From: Euglena gracilis
Lineage: Eukaryota
Assembly (NCBI GenBank): GCA_039621445.1
Contig: CP154954.1
Span: 26,052,954 to 26,116,953, forward strand
Reading direction: 5' to 3'
Length of the DNA: 64,000 nucleotides
The notes under the pieces were generated by a model, which worked only from the letters and a program-made list of their open reading frames with translations, did no database searches and was not told the DNA's origin. The position numbers and the translations under genes are program-made. Below, piece after piece: positions 33,701 through 45,100 of this stretch (position 1 is the first letter of the stretch; every line of letters begins with the position of its first letter).

Positions 33701-36700
33701 TGTGGTGGCAGTGGGTGCACCAAAGCACGAATTTTTGTGGGTATGTCAGGTCGATTCCGACCACTTGGAAGTGGGGGCCGTAGTGTTCGTTGAGGAAGAT
33801 TTGGTAGTTGTAACAGAACGTTTCGTGTGTCACCAATTGTATATCCTTTGGAAGTGGGAATACTTCCCATTGTATGCCTTGTGGTCCGATTTCTCGGATA
33901 TTGTCGAACATTGTCTTCAGTGCGTCAAGGGACGATTCCCATCCGTATTGTAACTTTGGATGTGGCAAGTAGTGCGCTTGGCTGGCGGGCATTGCAAATG
34001 AACCGAAGTTCATGCAATGGAATCCGAGCCAAAAAAGTAGTTGCCAGAAACCCGGCAAATTGTCGATGCCATCCTGGCTTTCGTAACAGGAAATTGTACC
34101 GTCGAAGAAAAAGCCACGGGCTTTTTCCTTGTAGAGTTTGACCATGTTGTGATGTACTTCAGGAGCAACAACCCAAGGGTGTTGTTCCTCATAGTACTTG
34201 TGCATAATTGTATCACATCCGTCTGAAATCCAGAACAGATGGTCAATCATAAATTGTACGTCCAAGTCGTAACCAGGTGAGCCTTCGCTCTTTCCTTTGC
34301 CTTTCTGGCCTTTCTGTCCTTTTGCGACTTCGCGCTCTTGTTCGTTCCAACGGTATGCACCGTCTTTTCGGTATGCTCGTGTTTTTCTCCACATTGTAAC
34401 AGTTACACCTGCGGTGTAATGTCCAGCGATGTCATCAGAGGGTTTGTCTGGTCGCATTTGGTGATAGATTTCTTGTAAGGAATGTTGAACGTTGGACGGG
34501 ATCGGCAGGTCATCATTGTCCTGACGATCACGTTGCGCCTGCGCGCTTTGTGGATCGTCGTCCAAACGACGACGTTGTGTGTCTGGCGTTGGACGTGTTT
34601 GTGGTGGTGTTGCAAACTCCGGTCCACGCGGACGTTTGCGCGCGTCAACGTTGTATTGTTTTGCTGGGGCCGTCAAATGTTGTAGAGCTTCCTTGTAAGT
34701 GGCGCGTTGTGCTGGCGACTCGAACCTGGGTTGACCCGAGAAAGGTTGTCCCGGTTCAACAGGTGGTTGTGTCTGTCCAGCCGAAGCCGGTTGTGAAGGG
34801 GTTGTGACAGGAGGTGCTCGAACAGGAATTGTAGATTGTGCGGGTGCTTTTGCACGTGCCGACTGCGCGGCTTGAGCAGGGGGTCCTGTTCGTTGCATAG
34901 GTACAGGTTGGTTTGAACCTGCTGCTGATGCGGCAGGCGGTGTAGATGTTGATTGTGCAGTCGAAACTGCTTGTACCGGTTTTGTTTGTGGTGCCGGAGT
35001 AGGTTGAGCTACTGGTGGCACAAGATTCGTCGCCGAAGCGAGTTGTTCCATTGGACCAGGTGGATGTGGTGGTGCATTCACACGCAAAACTTCAGGTAGT
35101 GCCCAGGTGGGTATACCCAAAATTTTGGAATTTGGACCAATGCCATCCATTATCACTCCTTTCACGTTGATGGCTCCCAAATGGGATCCAAGTTCGTAAA
35201 TTTTGTCAAGGGGAAGATATTGTTCTCCTTTGGATGTGTAAGCGAAATCCGCAGATTGTGGTACTCGTTCATAGTGAATATTGTCCACTACGGGACGCAG
35301 GGGGTTTTCTCCGACAACCCGTATCGCTGTCGGTTCCGGCAGCGGTACGGCGGGGGTTGTCGGTGGTTGCGGTTGAGATTGTACCGATGGTTGAGTTTGT
35401 ACGAGTTGTGGTGGTTGAGGGGCCGGTTGAGGTGGTTCGTCAGTTTCCATGGTATACTCCGGCTCTGGTTCTGCCGTTGTATACTCGTCATACGGCTCTT
35501 CGGCCATCTCGTCGGTGTAGTTTTCATCGTATGGCTCTTCGGCCTGCATGGCGTATTGTGATGGCATACCAGCCTCCCAGTTCCGGGCAGGTGGCATGCG
35601 TGGGGGAGAGGAAAAACGTTGTTGTGGTAAGTATATTGGTTCTTGCATTTGTACATCACCCATCTCACTTTCTGTGAGTTCAGGAGTATAACGGCGCATG
35701 TGTTCCGCGTAAGCACCCACTGGGTGCACTCCGCGGAGCACCGGCGGGACCAGGACTCCCAGGTCCCTGAGGGTTACGTTGTCTGGAAATCCGGATTCTC
35801 CGGGTTGGAAGAAGATTCTACCCGCTATCGTACTCTGGGACCACATGTCCCAGGTGGCGATAGGCTTGTTGGCGATTGCAAGCAATTGTCGGCAGTACGA
35901 ATCCCACATCACTCGGATGAAGGGATCCGGTCTGTCCTCTGCGCACATGCGCAGAGCGTTACGAATTGTATCTGTTGAAGCCGTTGTCAGTTCACCCATG
36001 TACTTGGGGAACCGAGGCATAACGGGAGCGGCATACTGCCTTTGTGGGGGTTGTGTGGCATACTGCCCTTGTGGAGGTTGTGTGGCATACTGCCCTTGTG
36101 GCGGTTGTGCGGGGTAATAGTGACTACGTAGTTGTTCAGCCCATTGTCGTTGTTCCGATTGTATATATTGTTGTTCTACCGCCGCAAAAGCAGCGCGTTG
36201 GCCACTGCTACTAGCCAGATCGTATCTCCTTGGGGGCCGCGGTTGCGGCACCGCAAACTGTTCATAGGCAGATTCCGTTTGTTGTGGAATCATAGGTTGA
36301 GATTGTAAGCCACCAAGTGTCGTTTGTTCTGGAGCAACATGCGGAACCGCATGTTGAGTCACAGGGAGATTTGCCACTACGGGCCTTGCTGCCGGAGCAG
36401 CTTGTAACGGAGGGGCTGCCACTACGGGCCTTGCTGCCGAAGCAGCTTGTACATGCCGACCGGGGACTTGCTCTCCACGAGGGAGTGCAAGTCCTCGTCC
36501 TCCCGAAGGAGGTTGTGGGTGAGGGGGTCCTCCCGTAGGAGGTTGTCCAGGGGGAACATACGGTTGGGAGGATGGAGGACCAGGTCCCCTTCCTCCAGCA
36601 TCCATCTTGAAAAAAAGCAAATAGTAGCAAGTACTGAGCTGTGGGGAAACAGAGAAATAAGGCATTGTACGGTAACATTGTACGCATGCAACCAAGTGTA

Positions 36701-36746
36701 CAGAAACACAAAAATAATTGTATGTTTGCAATAATTGTAAAATCAA
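30702..36746 (-). CDS. Large accessory ORF3 of element C, function unknown (Pro/Gln/Thr-rich spacers, two globular regions, RING-like Cys/His motif); likely start is the ATG at 36605 (1967 aa)
   Basis: Uninterrupted ~6-kb sense ORF between the chromodomain stop and the PPT. Confidence 0.85.
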   Translation of the reverse strand: MILQLLQTYNYFCVSVHLVACVQCYRTMPYFSVSPQLSTCYYLLFFKMDAGGRGPGPPSSQPYVPPGQPPTGGPPHPQPPSGGRGLALPRGEQVPGRHVQAASAARPVVAAPPLQAAPAARPVVANLPVTQHAVPHVAPEQTTLGGLQSQPMIPQQTESAYEQFAVPQPRPPRRYDLASSSGQRAAFAAVEQQYIQSEQRQWAEQLRSHYYPAQPPQGQYATQPPQGQYATQPPQRQYAAPVMPRFPKYMGELTTASTDTIRNALRMCAEDRPDPFIRVMWDSYCRQLLAIANKPIATWDMWSQSTIAGRIFFQPGESGFPDNVTLRDLGVLVPPVLRGVHPVGAYAEHMRRYTPELTESEMGDVQMQEPIYLPQQRFSSPPRMPPARNWEAGMPSQYAMQAEEPYDENYTDEMAEEPYDEYTTAEPEPEYTMETDEPPQPAPQPPQLVQTQPSVQSQPQPPTTPAVPLPEPTAIRVVGENPLRPVVDNIHYERVPQSADFAYTSKGEQYLPLDKIYELGSHLGAINVKGVIMDGIGPNSKILGIPTWALPEVLRVNAPPHPPGPMEQLASATNLVPPVAQPTPAPQTKPVQAVSTAQSTSTPPAASAAGSNQPVPMQRTGPPAQAAQSARAKAPAQSTIPVRAPPVTTPSQPASAGQTQPPVEPGQPFSGQPRFESPAQRATYKEALQHLTAPAKQYNVDARKRPRGPEFATPPQTRPTPDTQRRRLDDDPQSAQAQRDRQDNDDLPIPSNVQHSLQEIYHQMRPDKPSDDIAGHYTAGVTVTMWRKTRAYRKDGAYRWNEQEREVAKGQKGQKGKGKSEGSPGYDLDVQFMIDHLFWISDGCDTIMHKYYEEQHPWVVAPEVHHNMVKLYKEKARGFFFDGTISCYESQDGIDNLPGFWQLLFWLGFHCMNFGSFAMPASQAHYLPHPKLQYGWESSLDALKTMFDNIREIGPQGIQWEVFPLPKDIQLVTHETFCYNYQIFLNEHYGPHFQVVGIDLTYPQKFVLWCTHCHHKFPVDFWGFGVRGRTTDRPNAQRAQPHQREWAEAQQQRRLLGHICHNPLEVREIGYARRNHRQMLLHMQTFQWRAWVSYALEIYNLFNPKQQLPQEYLPLRPEWDEDGKRKYIKRLFGETLRREDFAPFFKGKRTNKDGLAIPILDWLPRGSGGNKFVGWQNFRLRPRIKLPEPQPAESEAAQSAVEQPPTAASSTTSTAKAAAKPATKRSEERLPQPPPTPTMSVEHTPVHSSDSSSVSSSGSSSDEEMEERTDNEHSTRSVSSASVESEPEDAGVQHALRAEVPATTPAQTRPQTPLPDAEPDAPAEFTMAEVPADSTTAAVPSTDVVPPTPAHAEAGQEVTDAEIIAFRELITRQQHEGIDRYQEPDDFILIPPQVGRAAERVLGSVRSGVASMVAMVRSRSSSSTRSPRDTGLGEQPTQEATASTTALAADAASSTPDVQTPEVVTTTESTTVEQTPPHDTTPVVVHTPEQVVPTVPDVPPTTTPTVKPAPKSPTERPFPPQRKEKGSKPKAKPQPAEPCKPAERHNEPKPPPPGSGSKSGKRAKTPAATTPAPTYTEVAGKSRVTSTLRGRTRQDTTSETSQEENMPVDDNATLWQEDIISNLPSVEERIAMIQSARERGILLNKWIEPLFFNEQKYNYYVRHIWRFYNARSPRVFAQYLGETFLFDNRPNGQTTWLCTVCHNIRNSMPAVHVCYADNKRKNFHHNEFVPNTAALICGDCIIAWRKLNNFRWSKEDRDRDVPVFCVNCLRADIYLPADGGNLRIVPGSEDVLEDFLNFYKTKRQMYQHKGFKKAEAFDRGGIAFDFQTDSGGIRLAVECTKGRLPLLFNDDDWKRVIYPLFTKPSTVSETTQRWLLPEYPPERHGYEHYSEWVGSILKPHITRCACASRVHNVDFNAMPGMPPQVPANHPRWNYYIWPATFPRVFWENLQIYLHKRAETLRTELPKEIQEVKSWVIPRIDMDNPDKGTLDLRPTEMTLVQDPHMGEYFKETHKR

Positions 36747-36928
36747 AATTGTAGCTCCAAGTGTAAAAATGGATTGTATAGGACCGTAGTCCTTTTAGCG
36801 AAAAGTCCTTCGCTAGGGACAAAATGGTTTGGCATCCGCCCATTATACATTTTGGCATCCGCCCATTATACATTTCGTCGAAAGTCCATGCTATGGACAA
36901 AATCTTGGACATCTTTGTATATCCTCCC

Positions 36929-39900
36929 TTAGAAGGTATTTACAGAAATGTCAATGTTGTTTCGTTTGTTCCACAGCTTCCAGTCTTGTTGGATATAACC
37001 AACAAAACTAGTTGCAGGTTCCCAAGTGTCCTCTTCGGGACCATATCCTTTCCACCGTACTTTCCAGTAATGTACACCTCTGTCGACTTTGTGGTCGAGG
37101 ATTTTGTCAACGACAAAATCATCTGTCTCAGGCAGTTTTGACCGTGGTTTGAAGTAGAGACAGGGTATTGCTTTACCGTTTGGTGGAGTCAGGTATGGTT
37201 TGAAGTCATCCATGTGTACATCCTCGACACCGTTGGGTAAAGCGACTTTGTAGCGCCCACTTGTACCCAACCGATCAAGGATCTCACATGGTCCGATCCA
37301 GAGGGGGTCCAACTTCGTGGATTGCATGCGGGTTCTACTGTTCCGAACCCACACGCGGTCACCTGGGTTGTATATCGGTGATTTGTAAGCTTGTAAGAAT
37401 TGTCTCTGTTTTTGTAAGTGTATAGCGACTACGCGCTTTTGCACATCCGTGCGCAATGATTCTACTTCAGAGAACCATGTTTCGCAACTCACGCTAGAAC
37501 GAGCAGGTCGTTCTGACGGGATGTCGCCAATGGCTGGGGGGTCTCGTCCGAAGACGATTTTGTACGGTGAGTATTGTAATATCAGACCCGGTAAAGTGTT
37601 GATATAAAATAAACACCAGGGTAATACTTGTAGCCAGGCATTGTGCGATTCTGCCAGTGAAAGTCGTAGCATGTTGACTACAGCTTTCACTGCCGCTTCA
37701 GCGCGACCATTGCCTTTTGGACGATAAATGATAGAAAAATGCTGCTCAATTCCGAGTAAACCGCAAAGAGTTGTAAAAAATCGAGAAGAAATCAAATGGT
37801 CTTGATCACTCACGATTTCATTCGGTAAACCCATGAGGCAAATGCATCTTTCTAAAAACATTTGTGCTAAAACTTGTGCTGTCAACCCTGCTTTCTGGCA
37901 TGGAATGGCTACAATGTACCCACTCAGCCGACAGACGACAACAAGAACGTAATCGTAAATTTTGTCATCTGTTCCTTTGCAAGGTTCAAGTTCCAGAAAA
38001 TCCATGCAGAGGGATGTAAAAATGTCATTTGGTACGGGGAAGAAGTCCATCGTACCAGGGGGGGTACCTCTGCGCGGTTTCACAGCTTGACAAATTTGGC
38101 ACCGTTGCGAAATTTGTAAACAGCGCTTATACAGATCTTTTTCGGTCAGGGTTGTACAGTACCTGCGACCCACCAAAGAAAGAAGTTTGGGGGCCCCAGG
38201 GTGACCTTGGTTGTGATAACATAAAAGTACGTCATCAACCAAGTCACAGGGTATGCAGTACTTGTAACCAGTATCATTCCGAAAAATCAAACGTAAAGGC
38301 GATAAGGTATAATTCTCAACCAATTCACCATTACGCAATCTTTGTACGACATCATTGTAAAAATCATCTTTGGAATAATCCCATTCTCGAAAAAAGAGAG
38401 GGGATGGGGATTCGGATCGCGTGACCCGGCGGGGGCCCGGCATTCTGCCGCGTTGTCGGTTTCCCCGTACGGGGGCTATCGGCATCCGCCGCCAAATCCG
38501 CGAGACAGGAAAATTGTCAAGTAGGTTGTCTGCGGCGTCTGCGCGCCTTGCGTATTCGTCGGCTTCGCGACTTCCGTGGAACGTGGCATCACCCTCGTCA
38601 GGGTTACCAGGGTAATGCCAGGGTGCACGTGAAAGTGGGTCAGCAACTTTTTGAGTATGACCTGGTGTATAAACTACCACCAGGTTGAATTGACTCAAAA
38701 ATTCGTGCCATCGGCATCTTCGGCCAACTGAGGACATGGCTTTGTTTAAGTCCTCGGTGTACCAGTGTTGGAGAGACTCGTGGTCTGTCAACACTAGTAT
38801 TTGTACGAGTGAACTGGCGACCCAACTTCGGAATTTTTGTAGGATAAGGACAATGGCATACGTCTCCTTTTCTCGTATGCTCCATTTGACTTGTCCTTTT
38901 CCGTCTTCACCTTGTAGCTTTCTGCTGAAGAATGCTACAGGGCGCAGTTCATTGGACGAATTATGTTGACTCAACACACCGCCGACAGCATAGTCGCTGC
39001 TGTCGACCTCCAGTACGTATGGTTTGTACGGGTCGGCAATGTCAAGCACAACATTGTCCAACATCAGTTGTTTAATTGTCGTTAGCGATTCTCGCATTGT
39101 ATCATCCCATTGTATCTTTGTATTGTCAGGAGCGCGATTTTTGAGTTGTCGCGTCAGTGGTACCGCGATTTTCGCGAAATCCTTCATGTAAATCGCGTAA
39201 TACTGCGCTAAACCCAAAAATCCTTTTAAATGGGTGATTGTCTTGATGTTTTCAGGTGTCCACTTCTTTATAGCTTCGAGTTTGCTTGGAGATGCTCTCC
39301 TTTGTCCGTTATTAAGAATGTGTCCACAAAATTTTATCGTTTCGCGAAACAAATGCATTTTCGCACCCTTGACGAAAAGCAAATGGTTTTTGAACGTTGT
39401 CAGTACGGAACGTATATCGCGGTAGTGAATATCAAGGATATCACTACCCGAATTTGTAAGTGGAGGAGGTGTGCCAATCAGCACGTCATCAATGTATACC
39501 ATTGCAAACGGTAAGTCTCGTAAAATCCATTGTATCATTCTTTGGAACATGGCTGGGCCATTCTTAACACCCATTGGTAACACCGTCCATTGGTAAACTC
39601 CGCGGGAGGTTACAAACGCGGTGTACGGTTGTGAGTCAGGGTGTAGGTGCATCTGGTGAAAACCATCCTCTAAGTCGAAAATCGACCAGAGGCGGTTTTC
39701 CGCTTGTTTTGTAATCAGGTCTTCGATAAGTGGTAACGGAAATGGATCGTCTTTTGTCTGTGAGTTCAAGTATCGGTAATCCAGCACAAGTCTCCACTTC
39801 TTCTCTCCAGAAGCATCGGGAGGCTTGGGTACAACAAAAGCTTGTGAGGTCCATTCGCTTTTGGATGGTATGATCCATTTTCGTTCAATCAGTTTTTCGA

Positions 39901-40735
39901 TCATTGTATTGAGAGCTTGTTCTCTTTCGCCTGAACAGCGAAAGAATTTTCGGTGCATGGGCTGTGCACCTTCTTTGAGTTCGATTTTACAGACACCAAA
40001 AGGTCCGCGAATTGCAGGATCTATGTCATGGGCATAGATAGGATGTTCTAAAACATCACTGAATTCGCGATTGATCTTTGTACATAGTTCTTGTGATTTG
40101 GGATGTTGACCACCGCTTTCTATCACTGCGGATAGTTGGTATTTTTGGTCATTCTGACCTTTATCCCGTAGGAATTTGTCAGTGTGGTCAACAGTTCCGA
40201 ATGCATCAAAGAAACAAACACGAAAAATGATTTCTTTCAATGGTGGTAACATGACACCGCAAAAATCTTCAAACAAAGGGGTGTCATTCGGTAAATCCCA
40301 CCACTGAAAAGTGACATACGTCAGTTGTTGGAACCATTCCGCTTCGGGATTTATAGGAATCAGTAGCACACCGCGTGCTTGATCCCGAAGGATCTTGTCA
40401 ACGACAAGAGGGATAAGTTTCAGAGGTGGATGTAGCCACAGGACCACATCACCCCAAAACTTATCAAACGCATTTGTATGGCTTGACCAGTAATTGGATA
40501 AACGAGAATGTGCTTTGGACGAAAATGCGTCAATCTCCAATTGTAGGTCCATCGACTTCGCGATTTGTGCGATTTTGGAAAACCAAGTTTCCAAAATGCG
40601 GTATTGTCCAAAATTGAACGCATTCCAGATGCGGTTCGCGAAAACTGTCGCGGTTTCAGTCCTGTGGAGGGCTGAAACACAGTTTACCGAACCACATCGG
40701 TAATACGTTGTGTCCGCAGACACTTCATCAGGCAT
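36929..40735 (-). CDS. pol: Pol of element C: Dam-like domain (HPPL), RT, RNase H, integrase, chromodomain
   Basis: [89 protein letters not shown]...VRWKGY...WEP. Confidence 0.95.
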   Translation of the reverse strand: MPDEVSADTTYYRCGSVNCVSALHRTETATVFANRIWNAFNFGQYRILETWFSKIAQIAKSMDLQLEIDAFSSKAHSRLSNYWSSHTNAFDKFWGDVVLWLHPPLKLIPLVVDKILRDQARGVLLIPINPEAEWFQQLTYVTFQWWDLPNDTPLFEDFCGVMLPPLKEIIFRVCFFDAFGTVDHTDKFLRDKGQNDQKYQLSAVIESGGQHPKSQELCTKINREFSDVLEHPIYAHDIDPAIRGPFGVCKIELKEGAQPMHRKFFRCSGEREQALNTMIEKLIERKWIIPSKSEWTSQAFVVPKPPDASGEKKWRLVLDYRYLNSQTKDDPFPLPLIEDLITKQAENRLWSIFDLEDGFHQMHLHPDSQPYTAFVTSRGVYQWTVLPMGVKNGPAMFQRMIQWILRDLPFAMVYIDDVLIGTPPPLTNSGSDILDIHYRDIRSVLTTFKNHLLFVKGAKMHLFRETIKFCGHILNNGQRRASPSKLEAIKKWTPENIKTITHLKGFLGLAQYYAIYMKDFAKIAVPLTRQLKNRAPDNTKIQWDDTMRESLTTIKQLMLDNVVLDIADPYKPYVLEVDSSDYAVGGVLSQHNSSNELRPVAFFSRKLQGEDGKGQVKWSIREKETYAIVLILQKFRSWVASSLVQILVLTDHESLQHWYTEDLNKAMSSVGRRCRWHEFLSQFNLVVVYTPGHTQKVADPLSRAPWHYPGNPDEGDATFHGSREADEYARRADAADNLLDNFPVSRIWRRMPIAPVRGNRQRGRMPGPRRVTRSESPSPLFFREWDYSKDDFYNDVVQRLRNGELVENYTLSPLRLIFRNDTGYKYCIPCDLVDDVLLCYHNQGHPGAPKLLSLVGRRYCTTLTEKDLYKRCLQISQRCQICQAVKPRRGTPPGTMDFFPVPNDIFTSLCMDFLELEPCKGTDDKIYDYVLVVVCRLSGYIVAIPCQKAGLTAQVLAQMFLERCICLMGLPNEIVSDQDHLISSRFFTTLCGLLGIEQHFSIIYRPKGNGRAEAAVKAVVNMLRLSLAESHNAWLQVLPWCLFYINTLPGLILQYSPYKIVFGRDPPAIGDIPSERPARSSVSCETWFSEVESLRTDVQKRVVAIHLQKQRQFLQAYKSPIYNPGDRVWVRNSRTRMQSTKLDPLWIGPCEILDRLGTSGRYKVALPNGVEDVHMDDFKPYLTPPNGKAIPCLYFKPRSKLPETDDFVVDKILDHKVDRGVHYWKVRWKGYGPEEDTWEPATSFVGYIQQDWKLWNKRNNIDISVNTF

Positions 40736-42132
40736 TATACCAGGTGTATCAGGTGTATTGTGTAGAGGACAATTGTCGTTGGCATTCTGCCACTTGTATG
40801 CAGGGACATTGGAGGGGTTGGCATTCTGCCATTCGGGGTCAGAGAGATTGGCTTTCTGCCATTGGAGGTCCTGCTGCGCTGCGCGATTCTCGCGATTCCG
40901 AACAGGGACGCGATTCCGCGTTTGTCCAATTGTCGATGTACTTCAACACACAACGGGTAGCAACCCGGTGTGTTGTGTTCTCGTTCAGTGGTCAGGGTAA
41001 ACTCGGTACCGGTCCCGGTACCAAGTGTACTCTGGTTGTTGTGTAAAGCGATTAGTTTGGAAGGTTCAACAATACATCCACAGTCGAAATCAGGTTGTGT
41101 GGAAATTCTCCGGCAATGTGCGCATTGGTAGGAAGTGTCGGTCTGGTAGTGCATGTCAGTCGTGTGTAGTGTGTGTATGGGGGTGTTGGAAGTTGTAGCT
41201 GCTGGGGGGTGTACAGGGGTGTCCGAAATCGACACACCTGGTGGAAAACGTAAAAGTTGTGCAGCTGGGCGGCTACTCGACACCGAAATTTCTTCAGGCC
41301 TTTGGGCTTTCGCCTTGGAACCCAGTGAAACGTGGGGGGTTAAGCTACTCGCTTTCCCTACCGCATGGGAAACGTGCGGTAAAAGTGTAGTGGGCAGGGG
41401 GGCAGCTTTCTCTTTACCCCTAGGGTAGGAAACGGTGTTTTCGGTTGTAGAAAACGTTGTGGCAAGGCGGGGGGACATCTGGGTAGATGTCTTGGGGGAG
41501 AAATTCGGTGGTGTGGGTTGTGTGCGTGAAGTAGTGCGCAAACCGAGGGAGGGGCAATCCACAACAAGGCGGTTCTGACGCAAGAACGGAAAACCCAAAA
41601 TTACGTCAGAGCCGCGAATACCCGATTCGTAACTCCAGGTACCCAGAAAATTTTGTGTGTGTGGGGGCTGTGAGTGGTGCTTGGGGATGATGGGGAGAAG
41701 TATGTCCAAAAAGCATCCCAAGTCACCACCACACATGGGGCTGTTGTCAGCAGTCATAATTTTGATGGGGTACTTGGCTTTCACCAAGAGGGAGTTGGGA
41801 ATTAATCCCGTTCGAAAGAGAAGGGGGATTCGACACCCTGTGTCGACCAAAATTTTGCATTTGGTAGAAAAATTTTGTGTTCGGATTTCCGCTTGGACCA
41901 AAAGTTCCATGGGGGGTACGCAAAGTGCAGGATCCGGTGTAAAATTGTTGTCTCTCCAACTATTCCAGGATCCCGTTCCTACTTTGCTCAGCATTCCAGG
42001 CAGAAATTTGGAGTGGGGGGTGGGGGACCCGAAAATTTTCCGGGTACCGACCAAAAAGGCAGATGGGCAGGGAAAGTAAGGTTGATCAGGTCCTACTTCC
42101 GTCTGTTCATCAGCCCAGAGGTCCGTGCCCAC
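40735..42132 (-). CDS. Aspartic protease region of element C, in frame with gag across one TAG
   Basis: [12 protein letters not shown] and [17 protein letters not shown]. Confidence 0.85.
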   Translation of the reverse strand: MGTDLWADEQTEVGPDQPYFPCPSAFLVGTRKIFGSPTPHSKFLPGMLSKVGTGSWNSWRDNNFTPDPALCVPPMELLVQAEIRTQNFSTKCKILVDTGCRIPLLFRTGLIPNSLLVKAKYPIKIMTADNSPMCGGDLGCFLDILLPIIPKHHSQPPHTQNFLGTWSYESGIRGSDVILGFPFLRQNRLVVDCPSLGLRTTSRTQPTPPNFSPKTSTQMSPRLATTFSTTENTVSYPRGKEKAAPLPTTLLPHVSHAVGKASSLTPHVSLGSKAKAQRPEEISVSSSRPAAQLLRFPPGVSISDTPVHPPAATTSNTPIHTLHTTDMHYQTDTSYQCAHCRRISTQPDFDCGCIVEPSKLIALHNNQSTLGTGTGTEFTLTTEREHNTPGCYPLCVEVHRQLDKRGIASLFGIARIAQRSRTSNGRKPISLTPNGRMPTPPMSLHTSGRMPTTIVLYTIHLIHLV

Positions 42133-42147
42133 AGACCTCGGGCTCCC

Positions 42148-45100
42148 CTACTCCAAGTCCGATTCAGCACTTCGGCTGTTTATCGTTTTCTTGTGTGAGT
42201 AGATAGCGCGCAATGCGCGGACCGCATTGCGGTCATCCTCCAACGAGGATTCAGAGTTCTCATCCCCCTCCCTGCCCGAAGCCGGGGTTCCCTCCTCCAA
42301 AGAGGAGATTTTGAACCCGACCTTGTGTTTGTTGTTGTGTTTTGTATCATTGTAGTGACGTTGGTTCGGGCGGGGAGAGCGAGAACGGTAACATTTGGAC
42401 GAATGGTGGTTATGTGATCCACAAAGGGAACACTTTTGTCGGTTTTGTGATTTTTGTCGGTTTTGTGATGGGCTTTCACCCCTTGGAGGTCTTGGTGAAC
42501 GGAATCCCGTTCGACCACGGTTCTTGTTGTAATCCGGTTTCCCGGATGACGATCGCGAAGAAGATGATCCACTTCGCGAACGTGATCGCGATGAGTCGCG
42601 ATTTGTATCACGCTTGTAAGGGGGTCGGGGTGATCGACCACGAGGTGCGCGATCGCGTCCGCGGTCGCGGAACGGTGATCGGGACCTTTGGCGATAACCC
42701 GAAGATTGTGATTGTCCAGATTTGTGTGAAAACCCAGAGGAGCGTGAGCTCCGCGAGGATTGTGAACCCCTTGGACTCTGATACCGCTTTCGCGTATCAG
42801 GGTGGGGGCAATCACGGGACGTATGCCCCGTTTTGTTGCACAAAAAACAAGTTTTGTCAGAAGATTGGTCAGATGAGCGCGGATAGCGCGTTTTTGTATC
42901 TCCCCTTGGGGAGTTTGTATGTTTACCGTATCCCCTTGGGGATTTTGGAGAAGGAGACTTTTGTAGGGCACTTACCGTACCGCTAGGGAGACCAGCGGTA
43001 GGGTGGTGGGTATAAGCCGATTGTATCTGTCCCAAAAGTTGTGAGAGTTTCATTTGTTTGGATACATAGTTCCATCGTTGTTCAAGTGTGAGTTTGTTGT
43101 CCGCGAGTTCCTCGCGGTGAATGTCCTTGATAATTGTAGGAATGAAATGGAGGAGAACCGCATCGAATTGTTCTTTCATTTGGTTCTCTCCCAGTTCATC
43201 AACCTCAGAAGCCAATCCCAACCATTTGGAATACCAAAGGTCGATGGACTTCCATTTTCGGTCACTGGGCGCGAATTGCCGCCATTTTTTCTCCAGCGTA
43301 ATTCGCGAAATGAGGCTTGAACAGGTTGACGCATATTGGTCAACCAGTTCATCAAAAGTTATCCGATTCCGGATCACAAGTTGTCGGGCGCGTTCTTTTT
43401 CTTCCTTGGGGAGGCAATCAATGAATTCCATCTTGATTACCTCAGGGTTCCCGTCTTGGGTTGGACCCTTCAAGTCCCAGTAGTATGTCCAATCGCGCCA
43501 AAATTGTTTCCAGGTTGTGGGATCTCCGTCCCATTGTGGCTTTACCTTGTTGGCAATTGTAATTGTACCTTTGAAATCGCGTGGTGGACCGCGATTTCCA
43601 TCGTAATTGTTGGGGTAAGGTTGTTGTTGTGGCATTCGCGAATGCGCATCCATGATGGTACTCATGGTACCGTAGGTACCATGGGTATTTGGTACATCGC
43701 ACTTCCGCGAATTGTATGGTTGTGGTTCGCGATTCCGCGATTCGGATTGTAAAGGGTCGCGATTCCGCGATTCGGGGTGTGGCAACATACCAGGGAGGTA
43801 GGACTCCCGTTGTTCACCCGCAAATCGGGGAACCGCGGTAAATTCCGTGTTTCGCATTCGCGATCCATGGCCAATACCCGGGGTAGGGGTATGGCTCATA
43901 CCGCGAATCAGTCCCGATTCGCGTATTTCTTGTTGTAAAATCGGAGGATTCGCGGTTTTTGTGGTAAAAACCGGTTCCTCATCCGAAGATTCACCCTTGT
44001 GCGGGGGAATCTTGATTTGTGGTATAAACGGGCGATTATAATTGCGATTGTAGGCATGTTCATGATCATGTGCATCCGTGGATGCTTGTAGGGCATGCGC
44101 ATCCGAAGATGCTTGTAGGGGTGCGCATACTGCGCTTTTGGAAGGATTGGCATCCAACGAATCGCGAATTTGATGCACAAAGTCGCGAGTTGGATGTCGG
44201 GCATCCGAAGATGCTTCGGTTGATGCGCGAAAAGCGCGTTGTGAGCTGGAAGTTGCATTTTGACCACCGAAAACGGTGTTTTCATGGCCAAAGTGCGGGG
44301 GGTTGCGGGGTTTTGCATGAATCTCATCCAGACTCAATGCAAAATCTTGTATGCTTTGTTCCAATGAACCAACCACTTGGAAAAGGTCCGAAATTCGTTC
44401 AACATCACACTGCAAACGCTTAATACGTTTGCGGTATGAGGGTAGTTCATCCAAAAGTGGTAGTTTGTCAACAATGGAGGCAAAATCTGCTGAAAGCTTT
44501 GGAAAAGTGGTGTCCAAGAATTGGACCCGCTTAACCAAAGTTTCCATTGCGGTTGTAAGGGTGTTCAACCGATTCTCGGTTTGTGGTTTTGTGGTACCCA
44601 ACGTGGGTTGGAGTACCCCTACCGCATTTTCAGCGGTTTTGTCATCCATCATTGTAGAAAGTCGGTTCTCCAACACCGAGATTTGTTGTTTTAGTGTGAG
44701 AACTTGTTGGGTGACCGAATTTTCGGTCCTCATCAAGGTTTCACAAAATTCTTGTAAGTTTTCCTGATTTTTCGCAAGCATTTGGTCGTAAAATGTGCGA
44801 AAATCAAGGGGTAGTTCGACTTCGCGAACCGTTTGTCCATCCGAGGATGGTTGGAGTCCGGAGACCCTTGTAGAAAGTGTTTGTACGCGTTTTTGTAAAT
44901 GGGAAGTGGTGGATTGTAAGGTTTTGTGTTGGGTATTCAAATCCGCAAGTGCGGTTTCAATGCCGGTGATATCCGGAATTGATTTTTGAATACCGTTGCA
45001 CCGTTTGTGCAAATCCGCAAACGCGGATTCGATTTTGTTCACATCCGCTTGTAACTGATTGTGCAAATCGGTTACAGTGGATCGTAATGCTCCCATACTG

